Below are positions 19,478 to 30,382 of a stretch of 64,000 nucleotides of DNA, piece after piece. The notes under the pieces were generated by a model that saw only the letters and a list, made by a program, of their open reading frames with translations, ran no database searches and had not been told where the DNA came from. Source of the DNA: an uncultured virus (IMG/VR IMGVR_UViG_3300018023_000193) (Duplodnaviria; Heunggongvirae; Uroviricota; Caudoviricetes); the IMG/VR virus record IMGVR_UViG_3300018023_000193. One strand, given 5' to 3'. Positions within the stretch are counted from its first letter, which is position 1. Every line of letters starts with the position of its first letter. The position numbers were made by a program, and so were the translations under genes.

Positions 19478-19906
19478 ATGACTTTATCTGAATTACAAGC
19501 GGAAATTTTACAAGATCTCCGAATTGAACATGACGAATTAAATTATGAGGCGGTCCGTACTCCTAAAATACATCATAAATATAATAAAATGCTTATGTTA
19601 GAACGTTTAGCATTAAAAAAACTTGAAAGAGATTGGGATAAATTATATTTAGAACGATGGGAATATTTTAGGAAAAAAGCTCCAGATGAAGTCTATATCA
19701 AAAAACCTTTATTAAAAAGAATTGCTGATACCGATGTTAAATTATATCTTGCAGCGGATGAAGATCTTCAAAAATTAAGAACCCAAATAGAATCTAAAGA
19801 AGAATTAATTGACCTTTTAAAACGCACAATGGATCAAATTGGTCAAAGAACTTGGCTTATGAAAAATGTTACAGATTATTTAAAGTATTTAGGAAATGAA
19901 AAATGA
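19478..19906 (+). CDS. uvsY: Recombination mediator
   Basis: PKIHHKY, RWEYF, YLAADED, IGQRTW..KN motifs; precedes uvsW. Confidence 0.85.
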   Translation: MTLSELQAEILQDLRIEHDELNYEAVRTPKIHHKYNKMLMLERLALKKLERDWDKLYLERWEYFRKKAPDEVYIKKPLLKRIADTDVKLYLAADEDLQKLRTQIESKEELIDLLKRTMDQIGQRTWLMKNVTDYLKYLGNEK

Positions 19907-20328
19907 GTTATTCATTAAAATATAATAAAAAACTTTCCAATTCTCCCTGTCTTCCTCTAATGATGGAAGGATGGAATGAATTAATTAAAATTAAATATGT
20001 AGATCCTTTAATAATTTTAAATGAAGATACAATTGGAGATCATGAAGTCATTTGGATGGAATATAAAAATAAACCAGTAGCTTTAATAACATTTACGTGC
20101 CACCCAGATGAAAAATATGCTTGGATTCGAATGACTTTTGTCGAAAAATCGCACCGACACCAATATTTATATGAAAAGATGTATGCTAAATTGAAAAAAA
20201 TAATAATTAAACAAGGTCTTCCAAGAATTTCTGGTGGTATATATTCACAAAATAAACCTATGCAAGAGGCCGCGAAAAAGGTAGGTCGCATAATTGAATA
20301 TTCAGTTTGGACGGAGTTTTTAAAATGA
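19903..20328 (+). CDS. GNAT-family acetyltransferase
   Basis: FVEKSHRHQYLY motif A-like; N.PMQ..AKKVG. Confidence 0.6.
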   Translation: MSYSLKYNKKLSNSPCLPLMMEGWNELIKIKYVDPLIILNEDTIGDHEVIWMEYKNKPVALITFTCHPDEKYAWIRMTFVEKSHRHQYLYEKMYAKLKKIIIKQGLPRISGGIYSQNKPMQEAAKKVGRIIEYSVWTEFLK

Positions 20329-20438
20329 AACTTACGGAAGAAAATGCACAAAAATTTTGTAATATGGATTCAGAAACGCTTCATGCATTCACCATCTCCG
20401 AATCACATTCGCGGCCACAATGACAAGTGGTTTCTTAA

Positions 20439-22001
20439 ATGACATTAAATGATAATACACTCTATATCCGAAAGAAAGACGAAATTTTCCTAGAAGTTTT
20501 AGCTTCAGATAGTATAGTAAATTCTTTATCCGATTTCTTTTGTTTCTTTGTTCCTGGTTACAAGTTTATGAAGAAATATAAAATGAAACTTTGGGACGGA
20601 CAAATACGACTCTATAATAAGCATACAGGAGAAATTTATCTTGGTCTTTTACAACATATTAAAGAATATGCTAGGTTACATGAATATGTAATAGAATATG
20701 AAAATGGACAAGATTTAGATGTAGAAGAAGAATTTTCTGTTAAAGAAGCTTTAGCATTTGCAAAATCTTTAAATATCCATGTAAAACGAGAAGATAAAAA
20801 TGAAAAAGATATTTTTATTCCTATTGAACCACACGATTTTCAATTAGATGCTTTTCGTCATTCTGTCCAATCTTCAAGATCTATTTTATTATGCCCTACA
20901 GCATCAGGTAAATCTTTAATCATTTATCTTTTAATTCGATATTATCAACAATTTATAAAAGGAAAAATTCTTATTATAGTACCTACTGTAAATTTGGTTT
21001 CTCAAATGTTTACAGATTTTGGGGAATATTCTTATGCTGATAAATGGGATGTTAGAGATGAAACTCATATGATTTATCAAGGAAAAGAAAAAGGAACCAA
21101 AAAACAAATTGTTATATCAACTTGGGAATCCATTTATAAATTACCTGAAGAATATTTTGAACAATTTGAAGTGATAATTGGTGATGAAGCTCATTTATTT
21201 AAAGCTGCTTCTCTTATAAAAATTATGAACAAATCCATGAATGCGAAATATCGTTTTGGTACAACTGGAACATTAGATGGAACTAAAACACATAAATTAG
21301 TTTTAGAAGGTTTGTTTGGACGAGTATATAAAGTTACTACAACTAAACTTTTAATAGAGAGAGAAATTCTATCCAATATATTAGTTAATTGTTTAATGCT
21401 TTACTATCCAGAAGAAATTTGTGAAAAAATGAAAGGTGCCAAATATCAACAAGAAATTACATTTTTGGTTGAAAATGAGGCGCGGAATAAATTTATCCGA
21501 AATCTTGCAATATCATTAAAAGGAAATACTCTTGTCCTTTTTAATTTAGTTGATCGTCATGGGAAAATTCTTTATGAATCTATTAAAAATAATGTTATTG
21601 ATGGAAGAAAAGTATTTTTTATTTCTGGTAAAGTAGATGCGGAAATTAGAGAAAAATTTAGACAAATTACTGAAAAAGAAAGAGATGCTATTATCGTAGC
21701 TTCTTATGGTACATTTTCTTTAGGTGTGAATATTAGGAATTTACATAATTTGATTATTGCTTCACCTATTAAAAGTTGTATTCGTTTACTTCAATCTATT
21801 GGAAGAGGTTTAAGAAAAGCATCTTCCAAAGATATATTAAATTTTTATGATATTTCTGATATTCTCCAATATAAAAGTCATAAAAACCATACCATGAAAC
21901 ATTTTGTAATTAGGATGAATATCTATAATAATGAAAAATTTGATTATAAGTTATATAAAGTTAGATTGAAAAGACCCACCCATGGATTGCAATCCAAATA
22001 G
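20439..22001 (+). CDS. uvsW: SF2 DNA helicase
   Basis: PTASGKS, DEAH, GTTGT, QSIGRGLR. Confidence 0.95.
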   Translation: MTLNDNTLYIRKKDEIFLEVLASDSIVNSLSDFFCFFVPGYKFMKKYKMKLWDGQIRLYNKHTGEIYLGLLQHIKEYARLHEYVIEYENGQDLDVEEEFSVKEALAFAKSLNIHVKREDKNEKDIFIPIEPHDFQLDAFRHSVQSSRSILLCPTASGKSLIIYLLIRYYQQFIKGKILIIVPTVNLVSQMFTDFGEYSYADKWDVRDETHMIYQGKEKGTKKQIVISTWESIYKLPEEYFEQFEVIIGDEAHLFKAASLIKIMNKSMNAKYRFGTTGTLDGTKTHKLVLEGLFGRVYKVTTTKLLIEREILSNILVNCLMLYYPEEICEKMKGAKYQQEITFLVENEARNKFIRNLAISLKGNTLVLFNLVDRHGKILYESIKNNVIDGRKVFFISGKVDAEIREKFRQITEKERDAIIVASYGTFSLGVNIRNLHNLIIASPIKSCIRLLQSIGRGLRKASSKDILNFYDISDILQYKSHKNHTMKHFVIRMNIYNNEKFDYKLYKVRLKRPTHGLQSK

Positions 22002-22152
22002 TTATGATAATTGCGGATCCAATAATAAAAGTTAAGAATGCTGCTACAATAATATATACCAATCTAAATGCTAAAATTGCTACCATTATGATAAATTTTC
22101 CTATAGCTAATAATGCTAAGATAGCCAATATCATTATAAATAATGTTGTCAT
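21961..22152 (-). CDS. Small hydrophobic membrane protein, antisense to uvsW 3' end
   Basis: 63 aa, almost wholly hydrophobic; own minus-strand promoter at 22256-22284. Confidence 0.6.
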   Translation of the reverse strand: MTTLFIMILAILALLAIGKFIIMVAILAFRLVYIIVAAFLTFIIGSAIIITIWIAIHGWVFSI

Positions 22153-22255
22153 AATATCCACTCTTTTGGCCTTAATGGTCCTCTTCTCCACATAATATCA
22201 TCATGTCTATTAATGGCCACTAATACCATGGCCCCTCTTTTTAAACGACATGTAT

Positions 22256-22284
22256 ATTATAGCAAGTTTTTTTGTGGAAGTCAA
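22256..22284 (-). promoter_or_regulatory. Sigma70-type promoter (minus strand)
   Basis: TTGACT-N17-TATAAT on the reverse strand. Confidence 0.7.
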
Positions 22285-22342
22285 GTGTTTTTTGAAAATA
22301 ATTTGGATCTTGTTGGTATTAAAAGAAATATAGACCAAAGGC

Positions 22343-22371
22343 TTGACAATTATAGTAAAATTTGCTATAAT
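22343..22371 (+). promoter_or_regulatory. Sigma70-type early promoter for gp55
   Basis: TTGACA-N17-TATAAT with TG extended -10. Confidence 0.8.
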
Positions 22372-22422
22372 GAAAGAACGTTAATGAAATAGAAAAAAAT
22401 CTTCAGGAATAGGTTACTTAAT

Positions 22423-23061
22423 TTGAAAAAACCCATCAAGGTTTGGCCAAAGGTTGTTTGGCCAGTAGACAATAAAACTTTCTTAAAAGCTTTCCAAGAA
22501 TATCTCCCTAAGGTAAAACCTTTACGGAAAAAATATAAACAGAAATGTAAGGTCCTTTTAAAAAAAGGAATACCTAAGAGTAAATTACCTAAATTTGAAA
22601 GACCTCAAACTCCTGAATATAATTATATTGGAGAATGTTTAGTGCTTATAGCACAACATCTCACACGTAAGGGATTTTTTAGTACTACGCCATATAGAGA
22701 AGAAATGATTGGAGATGCATTAGAAAATGCGGTCCTTTGTTTAGAAAATTTTAATCCTAGAAAATATAAAAATCCTTTTTCATATTTTACTCAAATTATG
22801 ACGTATGCTTTTTATCGAAGAATTTCTAAAGAGGAAAAGCATAAGTATATTAAACAAATGAGTATTCGTAGTATGGTAGATTTTTTTGCTACTCAAAAAG
22901 GTGATAATGGGGAATATGCTAATACTTTTATCAAATTTATGCGAGAATTGCAAAATGATACCATTGAAAAATTTGAAGCAAATAAAAATAAGAAAAAGAA
23001 ACCTATTAAAAAACAACCCAAAAAAATTATTGGTATAGAGAAATTTATGGTATGCAGATAA
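22423..23061 (+). CDS. gp55: Late-transcription sigma factor
   Basis: YIGEC..IA, YREEMIGDA.EN, NPFSYFTQI..YAFYRRISKE. Confidence 0.9.
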   Translation: MKKPIKVWPKVVWPVDNKTFLKAFQEYLPKVKPLRKKYKQKCKVLLKKGIPKSKLPKFERPQTPEYNYIGECLVLIAQHLTRKGFFSTTPYREEMIGDALENAVLCLENFNPRKYKNPFSYFTQIMTYAFYRRISKEEKHKYIKQMSIRSMVDFFATQKGDNGEYANTFIKFMRELQNDTIEKFEANKNKKKKPIKKQPKKIIGIEKFMVCR

Positions 23062-23702
23062 CAGATTTACTTAAAAACAGATTTGTATTTGATGTTGGTT
23101 GTAATGTTGGGAGAAAAGCAGAACAATATATGGCCGCGGGGGCTCAAGTTATAGGATTTGAACCGCAAGAAGATTTAGCAAAATTTACTGAAAAGCGATT
23201 AGGAATTACAGTTGAAAATGTAGCTTTATCTAATTCAGTAGGTACAGCGCCTATTTGGAGAGCAACTGAAAACCAAATTACTTCAATGTCACAAGAATTC
23301 ATAGGACATACTGGCCATAGATTTCAAGGACACTCTTGGAATAAAGAACCAGAATATGTTAAAACCGATACATTAGATAATATGATTGCCAAATATGGTA
23401 AACCGTTTTATATCAAGATTGATGTAGAAGGATATGAATTATCGGTTTTACAAGGGCTTACCAAACAGATTGATATCATTTCTATAGAATTTATGGCAGA
23501 ATTGATGAAAAATACATTTGCTTGTTTGGATTATGTAGGATATAAAGACAGAGAATATAATGTTGTAATTGGAGAAGGACCAAATTTTCATTTTAAAGAT
23601 TGGGTAGATTATGGTAAAATTAGTTGGATGTTAAATACTTTTAATTGTAAAAATTTTGATTGGGGAGATGTATATATCAAGAAAAATGAAAAATCCCATT
23701 AA
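23052..23702 (+). CDS. FkbM-family methyltransferase
   Basis: FDVGCNVG, GFEPQ, IKIDVEGYE. Confidence 0.85.
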   Translation: MQITDLLKNRFVFDVGCNVGRKAEQYMAAGAQVIGFEPQEDLAKFTEKRLGITVENVALSNSVGTAPIWRATENQITSMSQEFIGHTGHRFQGHSWNKEPEYVKTDTLDNMIAKYGKPFYIKIDVEGYELSVLQGLTKQIDIISIEFMAELMKNTFACLDYVGYKDREYNVVIGEGPNFHFKDWVDYGKISWMLNTFNCKNFDWGDVYIKKNEKSH

Positions 23703-24756
23703 AGTAATTATTGCCGATCAACATTTTGGTGCTCGTTCTGATAGCCCCATTTTCTTAGATTATTTCCAAAAATTTTATGATGACATTTTTTTCCCATTTA
23801 TTGATAAAAATAAAATTACTGAAATAATTGATTTGGGAGATACATTTGATCGTAGAAAATTTGTTAATTTTTTATCTTTTCAAAGATCTAGGGAAATGTA
23901 TTTTGATCGATTATTGGAACGAAAGATTAAACTTTATAGTATGTTAGGAAATCATACTACTTATTTTAAAAATACATCTAAAGTAAATGCTGTTAAAGAA
24001 TTGTGTGGAATGTATCCTAATATTGAAATTTTTGATACAGCTACAGAAGTGACATTTGATAAAACAAAAATATTATTTGTCCCATGGATTAATGAAGAAA
24101 ATTATGAACATTCAATGAAAATGATTAAAACTACAACTGCTAAAATCCTTATGGGACATTTAGAAATTAAAGGATTTTTGGTAAATCGTAGTTTAAGATT
24201 GGCAGAAGGATTGGAAGCCAAAATTTTTAAAAAATTTAAAGGTGTTTGGTCCGGTCATTTACATCATAAATCTCAAGAAGGAAATATATCATATTTGGGG
24301 TCACCTTATGAAATTAAATTTGATGATATGAATGATCCACGAGGATTTCATACATGGAAATCAGGTACTATGAAATTAGAATTCCATGAAAATCCTTATA
24401 GAATGTTTTATAAGATATATTATGATGATAAAGAAAAAACTTTAGATTTTTTATTGAAAAAGATTAATGATAAGTACCAAGGTGCTTATATAAAAGTGAT
24501 AGTTCAAAATAGGATAAATCCACTCTTTTTTGATAAATTTATTGAAAAGTTATTTAATATGAATCCAGCAGATGTAAAAATTGATGATGATTTACAATTA
24601 TCTGAGGAAGATGCAAATATGAAAGTAGATTTGACTGAAGATACTTTAACAATTTTGAATAAATATGTTGATAATTTGGAAATAGATTCAAATAAAGACA
24701 AAATTAAAGAAGAAATTAAAATCCTTTATACTGAAGCTCAGGGAATGGATAGATAA
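23686..24756 (+). CDS. gp47: Recombination endonuclease subunit (Mre11-like)
   Basis: DQHFG, LGDTFDRR, GNH, GHLE, SGHLH. Confidence 0.92.
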   Translation: MKNPIKVIIADQHFGARSDSPIFLDYFQKFYDDIFFPFIDKNKITEIIDLGDTFDRRKFVNFLSFQRSREMYFDRLLERKIKLYSMLGNHTTYFKNTSKVNAVKELCGMYPNIEIFDTATEVTFDKTKILFVPWINEENYEHSMKMIKTTTAKILMGHLEIKGFLVNRSLRLAEGLEAKIFKKFKGVWSGHLHHKSQEGNISYLGSPYEIKFDDMNDPRGFHTWKSGTMKLEFHENPYRMFYKIYYDDKEKTLDFLLKKINDKYQGAYIKVIVQNRINPLFFDKFIEKLFNMNPADVKIDDDLQLSEEDANMKVDLTEDTLTILNKYVDNLEIDSNKDKIKEEIKILYTEAQGMDR

Positions 24757-25112
24757 TGACAGTTCCAACTTTTACAGCAACAATTTATGTAGGTCTTCGT
24801 AGAGGATATACTAATGAAGTAATGCCATTTGAATCAGTTGAGAAATTTATCCAAGAATGGGTGGATAGAATCAGTATTTGTGTTACTGTTACGAGGACTC
24901 AATTTGTATATAAGAAAGGTAATGAACCTGGGTTGATTGTTGGGTTCATTAATTATCCAAGATTCCCTTCAGAGGAACAAGATATTAGAATGAAGGCACT
25001 TATGTTGGCGGGTGAATTGTTGCATTTTTGTAAACAGATGCGCATGAGTGTAGTTTTCCCAGATAAGACCATCATGTTATCTAATACTGAAGAAATTGAA
25101 AAATATTCTTAA
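24756..25112 (+). CDS. Hypothetical protein
   Basis: 118-aa coupled ORF (EPGLIVGFINYPRFP). Confidence 0.6.
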   Translation: MTVPTFTATIYVGLRRGYTNEVMPFESVEKFIQEWVDRISICVTVTRTQFVYKKGNEPGLIVGFINYPRFPSEEQDIRMKALMLAGELLHFCKQMRMSVVFPDKTIMLSNTEEIEKYS

Positions 25113-25127
25113 ATTATAGGATCAAAT

Positions 25128-25427
25128 ATGAAGATATGTTCTATTTGTAATAAAAAAAGACGATCTGATAAATTTAGGAAATGGTCTCGTATAACTATAG
25201 AGGAATATAATATTTTATTAAAAAAACAAAAAGGAAAATGTGCTATATGTAAAATTGATAAGGATCCAATAGGAAGAAAATTTGCTGTAGATCACCAACA
25301 TAAATCTGGAAAAATTAGGGGATTATTATGTAGTAATTGTAATAGGGGAATAGGGTTATTACAAGATGATCCAAAAATAATTTTACAAGCTTTTAAATAT
25401 GTGGAGAAAAATTATGGTAAATTTTAA
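25128..25427 (+). CDS. Endonuclease VII-like protein, possibly internally deleted
   Basis: ITIEEY, Q.GKCAIC, AVDH.H, IRGLLCSNCNRGIG..QDD. Confidence 0.8.
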   Translation: MKICSICNKKRRSDKFRKWSRITIEEYNILLKKQKGKCAICKIDKDPIGRKFAVDHQHKSGKIRGLLCSNCNRGIGLLQDDPKIILQAFKYVEKNYGKF

Positions 25428-27126
25428 AAAAGTAAGATGGAAAAACCTATTAAATACAGGAGATAATTTTACTGAAATAAATTTACGTGGAGCTCCTACG
25501 ACATTAATTTATGGTGTTAATGGAACAGGGAAATCAACTGTATTAGATGCTTTAATTTTTGGTTTATTTGGAGTAGCTTTTCGAAATGTTAATATTCCAG
25601 ATTTAATTAATGATACAAATGAAGAGGAAATGATTGTTGAAATTGAATTTTCAATTGGTCGAACTAATTATAAAATTCGTAGAGGTTTAAAACCAAGAAT
25701 ATTTGAAATTTATATTAATCAAGTAATGGTAGATCAAGAATCTAAATCTCGGGATTATCAAAAATATTTAGAACAATCTATTCTTAAATTAAATCGTAAA
25801 AGTTTTACGCAAGTGGTTGTATTGGGATCGGCTTCATTTGTACCATTTATGCAATTATCAGTTGCCGATCGGCGTTATTTAATTGAAGATTTATTAGATA
25901 TTCAAATTTTTTCAGCTATGAATATTGTTCTTAAACAACGCATAGCAGAAATGAAAGAAGAATATATCCTTTTATGTAATTCGATTGAATTACAAAATGA
26001 AAAGATAACATTGGTAAAAAGTTATCTCAAAAAATTACAATCAGATAATATTAATGCGATTACTGAAAAAAAGAATTTGATATCTGAAAATTTAAAACAA
26101 AGAAAAGAAGTTGACGAAAAAATCCAATATATTCAACAAGCTATAACTGAATTGATTATGACAACTTCTGAACAAATAAATCTTCAGGAACGTATAAGAA
26201 AATTGGAAATAACTGAAGATAAACTTAGAACTAATAAAAATAAAACTGAAAAAGAACAAGAATTTTATAAAAAGACTGATAAATGCCCAACATGTAAGCA
26301 AACTATTGATGATATTTTTCGAAATAGTATGTTGAATGAAAAAGGTGATTTAATTAAAGAAATTGAATCTGCTTTAATTAAATTGGAGGGAGAATTATCA
26401 GAATCTGAATCTAGGTTAAATGGAATTAAAAAGATCCTTTTAGAAATTGAAGAAAATTCTAAAGAGGTAAATAAGTTACAAAGTTCAATTCGTGCAATTG
26501 ATAACTTTATTGAAAAGGTACAAGAAGATATTAATGAATTACAGGAAAAAAGTGGAGATACTAAAGAACAAGAAGATAAATTGAAAGATTTATACAAAGA
26601 ATTATCCAAATTGATGGAACAAAGAGATGAATTAACATCCAAAAAACATTATTTGGATATAATTTCTGTAATGTTGAAAGATACTGGTATTAAAACTAAA
26701 ATTATTAGGCAATATCTTCCAATTATTAATAAATATGTCAATCGATATTTGGCAGCTATGGACTTCTTTGCTAATTTTACAATTGATGAGAATTTTAAAG
26801 AATTGATTCATATTCGTGGAAATAAAGAAAGAACATATTATCAATTATCAGAAGGACAAAAACTTCGTATTGATTTGGCAATTTTATTTACATGGCGAGA
26901 AATTGCTAGATTAAAAAATTCCGCAAATACGAATTTATTGATAATGGATGAAATTTTTGAAAAGAGTTTGGATGCATCAGGTGTGGATGATCTTTTAAAG
27001 ATTATTCAGTTATTAAGTAAGGATGTAAATATTTTTGTTATTAGTCCTCAAGGTGATTTATTGATTGATAAGTTTAATAATACATTGAAATTTATTGAAG
27101 AAAAGGGATTTAGCATTTTGGAGTAA
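25414..27126 (+). CDS. gp46: Recombination ATPase subunit (Rad50-like)
   Basis: GVNGTGKST, CPTC zinc hook, LSEGQ signature, LIMDE. Confidence 0.95.
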   Translation: MVNFKKVRWKNLLNTGDNFTEINLRGAPTTLIYGVNGTGKSTVLDALIFGLFGVAFRNVNIPDLINDTNEEEMIVEIEFSIGRTNYKIRRGLKPRIFEIYINQVMVDQESKSRDYQKYLEQSILKLNRKSFTQVVVLGSASFVPFMQLSVADRRYLIEDLLDIQIFSAMNIVLKQRIAEMKEEYILLCNSIELQNEKITLVKSYLKKLQSDNINAITEKKNLISENLKQRKEVDEKIQYIQQAITELIMTTSEQINLQERIRKLEITEDKLRTNKNKTEKEQEFYKKTDKCPTCKQTIDDIFRNSMLNEKGDLIKEIESALIKLEGELSESESRLNGIKKILLEIEENSKEVNKLQSSIRAIDNFIEKVQEDINELQEKSGDTKEQEDKLKDLYKELSKLMEQRDELTSKKHYLDIISVMLKDTGIKTKIIRQYLPIINKYVNRYLAAMDFFANFTIDENFKELIHIRGNKERTYYQLSEGQKLRIDLAILFTWREIARLKNSANTNLLIMDEIFEKSLDASGVDDLLKIIQLLSKDVNIFVISPQGDLLIDKFNNTLKFIEEKGFSILE

Positions 27127-27128
27127 TT

Positions 27129-28844
27129 ATGATGGAAAAACATTATTGGGATAGAAATGATTATATTCTTGAAGATCAATCTATCAATGTAACATTTAAA
27201 GAATTGTTACTAATGGATAATGAAGAATTCGAAACGTGGGTTGATAAGATGCGCGCCCGTGTGCTTGAGGTATGGGATGAATATGGAGTTCCACCATTAG
27301 CTGGATCCAATGAATTTGAAATGGAAGAAGAATTCCGTAAGATGAGTGGAACTCCTGGAATCACTCTTTCACGATATAAACCTAAATCAGGATCTACAAA
27401 ACCTTATGTTGATGAATTAGATGGAAAAGAAAATGTGATTATTAATGATGGATGTATGGGATCATGTGTGAATCAATTTTTTCCAACCATGATGCGTGCT
27501 AAAATAAATTATCAAACTAAAGTGACTGAAAAGGGATTTAATGGGTATGCAGTTTATGATTTATTCAAAGATAATAGATTCCGAAATAGGATGCAAAAAG
27601 GATGCCGTAGACATTTTCGTAAAGATTCATTTTACAAATATTCCATTTCAATTTTAGCTAATAGTGATATGGGTTTAGTTCCAGCGGCTACTGGTAAAGA
27701 ATGGGTTCAATTATTCAAAAGAGATTTTGTAAAATTTGGTGAATATGGATTTTGGTTGAGTCGTGTTGAACCTTCCAAAGAAGGTGAAACAGGTAGTGGT
27801 TATACTCAAGTTGATGCTTCAAAATTTTTATGGCTTTCTAAAGCTGATATTATTGAATTATTTACATTAGGAATTATAGGTCCAGAACACCTAACTAATT
27901 TATTAGGAGAACTTCCTCCAGCTTTCATTAAACCTTTTGGTTCAAATAAAAAGATAAAAATATATCTAGATCCATATTTTCAAGCAATGGAACAGGATTT
28001 AAAAGAAGAAGAACAATACCATATCCGTTTCTTTAAGAATTCAACTCGAATTTTTCCACTTGGATTTACAGCATTTAAAATTGGTTATATTCAAGTAGCA
28101 GTAAATTTTCCACCAATGGTTGCCAAATATCTTTATGAAAAATATACAGACCATATTAAAGATCAACCAGTAATTAACATTTATGACCCATCTGCGGGTT
28201 GGGGTGGCCGAATTGCGGGTGCAATGACTGTATTAGATGATAGACATATTCATTATATTGGAACAGATCCAAATACAGATAATTTTATTGATGAACTTGG
28301 AAAAACTCGTTACGAGTATTTGGCAGGATTTATTAATAATTCATTGAAACATTGGGGTTATGAACCACATACATTTGAAGTATTTCAATTAGGGTCTGAA
28401 GTAATTGGAAAAGATAAGAAATTCAAAAAATATAAAGGAAAATTAGACCTTGTTTTTACATCACCTCCATATTTTTCAAAGGAACAATATAGTGAAGATG
28501 AAACACAATCATGTATTAAATTCCCTCAATATGATGCATGGCGAGAAGGATTTTTACGTCCAACTTTAGAAACTGCGGTTTCTTATCTTAAGAAAAATCG
28601 ATATTTACTTTGGAATGTAGCAGATGTTTTTTATGGAAAAGAATGTATGCCAATTGAACAAGACAGTTCTGAGATTTTGAAATCACTTGGAATGAAATTT
28701 GTTGGTGTTGAAAAAATGGTATTAATGAATATGCCGGGTGCGAATCGCATTGGAGAAGATGGAACCCCTCTTTGTAAGAATTATATCAAAGTATTAGGAC
28801 GATTCCGGAAATATGAGCCGGTTTATGTGTGGAAGAAAGAATAA
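27129..28844 (+). CDS. Putative amino (N4C/N6A) DNA methyltransferase with long N-terminal region
   Basis: YDPSAGWGGR SAM-binding motif and FTSPPYF catalytic motif. Confidence 0.75.
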   Translation: MMEKHYWDRNDYILEDQSINVTFKELLLMDNEEFETWVDKMRARVLEVWDEYGVPPLAGSNEFEMEEEFRKMSGTPGITLSRYKPKSGSTKPYVDELDGKENVIINDGCMGSCVNQFFPTMMRAKINYQTKVTEKGFNGYAVYDLFKDNRFRNRMQKGCRRHFRKDSFYKYSISILANSDMGLVPAATGKEWVQLFKRDFVKFGEYGFWLSRVEPSKEGETGSGYTQVDASKFLWLSKADIIELFTLGIIGPEHLTNLLGELPPAFIKPFGSNKKIKIYLDPYFQAMEQDLKEEEQYHIRFFKNSTRIFPLGFTAFKIGYIQVAVNFPPMVAKYLYEKYTDHIKDQPVINIYDPSAGWGGRIAGAMTVLDDRHIHYIGTDPNTDNFIDELGKTRYEYLAGFINNSLKHWGYEPHTFEVFQLGSEVIGKDKKFKKYKGKLDLVFTSPPYFSKEQYSEDETQSCIKFPQYDAWREGFLRPTLETAVSYLKKNRYLLWNVADVFYGKECMPIEQDSSEILKSLGMKFVGVEKMVLMNMPGANRIGEDGTPLCKNYIKVLGRFRKYEPVYVWKKE

Positions 28845-29061
28845 TGTGGAAATTAAAGTTAACCTAGATGAATTTAATAAACTATTAGATAGTATAATTG
28901 ATTTAATTGAAAATTATGGGAAACATGAAGATCCAAATTCAATTTGTGTAATTCACTTGGACGAAATGCGAAGACGGCAACAAATTGTTATTGATGCGGT
29001 CAAGACATTCCGTCCAAGTTATATCCAGAAAACTAGCTTTTCTGGTGTTTCCTCTGAATAG
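28844..29061 (+). CDS. Small hypothetical protein (start uncertain)
   Basis: Open frame following the methyltransferase. Confidence 0.35.
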
Positions 29062-29245
29062 CATCAATGAGGACAAAAACTGTAAATACAGTTAAAACGA
29101 GTATGACTGTCATACTATTATAGTTGCACGTTTAATGCAAATCTCAAGTTATTGATTCTAAAGATAAGGAAATTTTCGTATGTTGAGAAACTACGCAAAT
29201 TTGGGAAAGGATAGTAGAGAAATACAACACTCATAAGGAAGAAAC

Positions 29246-30262
29246 ATGTTATATGCAAATAGTTTTGATGATGTTTTATTAGTTCCACAAAGAACATTTG
29301 GAGGTAGTCGTGATCAAGTTTCATTGGCTACTTCGGTTGCTGGTATTCCATTAAAATTTCCCATTTTATCTGCTAATATGTCTTCGATTACAGAAACCGA
29401 TATGGCAATAGAAATGTATAAATTTGGTGGAGTTGGAGTATTACATAGAATGTGTTCTCCTAAAGAACAATTATATTTACTTCCAAAATATGAAAAACCA
29501 CCTGTATTTGTTTCGGTTGAAGGGAAATATAAAGAAGCATTAGAAAGAATTAGATTGTGTGAAAAGTATCATCCCTATGGATATTGTATTGATGTGGCTC
29601 ATGCTGATTCTCCTGAAGTTGAAAATACAATTTTAGAAATTTATAGTAAAATTATTCCAACACCTAGATTGATTATAGGTAATTATGCAACTCCTAAAGG
29701 TATTGATAATCTTTTAAAAAGGTTGGGAGGTAATTTTCCATTATATGATTTATCATTTAAAGTGGGGATTGGAAGTGGTAGTCAATGTACTACAAGAATT
29801 GTTACAGGATCTGGTCTTCCTACTTTAGAAAGTATTTTTAGAATTCGGAAATTTTTTCCTAAAATTAATTTAATTGCTGATGGAGGAATAAAGAATTCTG
29901 GTGATATTGTAAAAGCATTAGCCGCTGGAGCCAATTCAGTTATGTTAGGCCATTTGATTGCTGGGACAAAAGAAACTCCAGGTAATGTGATTAAAGATGA
30001 TGGAAAATTATTCAAAATATATCGCGGTTCAGCATCGTTTGGACAAAAATTTGAAGTTCAAAAACAAGGATATATTGAAGGTGAAGAAACATTAGTTCCA
30101 TATAAAGGACATGTATCTACAATTCTTACTCAATTAATGGAAGGTGTTCGTTCTGGTTTTTCATATAATGGTGCACGTAATATTGTAGAATTATGGAAGA
30201 ATGCTGAATTTGTTCAAATTAGTGCCGCGGGTTATCATGAAAGTACTGCTCATGGCGCTTGA
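29246..30262 (+). CDS. IMP dehydrogenase/GMP reductase family protein (no CBS domains)
   Basis: [23 protein letters not shown] (catalytic Cys), [17 protein letters not shown]. Confidence 0.9.
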   Translation: MLYANSFDDVLLVPQRTFGGSRDQVSLATSVAGIPLKFPILSANMSSITETDMAIEMYKFGGVGVLHRMCSPKEQLYLLPKYEKPPVFVSVEGKYKEALERIRLCEKYHPYGYCIDVAHADSPEVENTILEIYSKIIPTPRLIIGNYATPKGIDNLLKRLGGNFPLYDLSFKVGIGSGSQCTTRIVTGSGLPTLESIFRIRKFFPKINLIADGGIKNSGDIVKALAAGANSVMLGHLIAGTKETPGNVIKDDGKLFKIYRGSASFGQKFEVQKQGYIEGEETLVPYKGHVSTILTQLMEGVRSGFSYNGARNIVELWKNAEFVQISAAGYHESTAHGA

Positions 30263-30287
30263 CAAATTACATAAATCATGTTATAAT
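30259..30287 (+). promoter_or_regulatory. Sigma70-type promoter
   Basis: TTGACA-N17-TATAAT. Confidence 0.8.
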
Positions 30288-30294
30288 TAAATTT

Positions 30295-30360
30295 ATGAAT
30301 GAATATAGTAGAATTTGTCCAAAATGTAAGAAGAAGTTGGTATATTCATCTAAAACATGA
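30295..30360 (+). pseudogene. Truncated zinc-ribbon ORF
   Basis: MNEYSRICPKCKKKLVYSSKT* ends where the GC-rich DNA begins. Confidence 0.45.
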
Positions 30361-30382
30361 CTACAGCGGGAGGTAGGGCCGA

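Noticed and set aside
29062..29245. Purine riboswitch upstream of IMPDH/GMPR; AGTATGAC-T-GTCATACT inverted repeat at 29100-29116
   Set aside because: No purine aptamer core is present; one short palindrome is insufficient evidence
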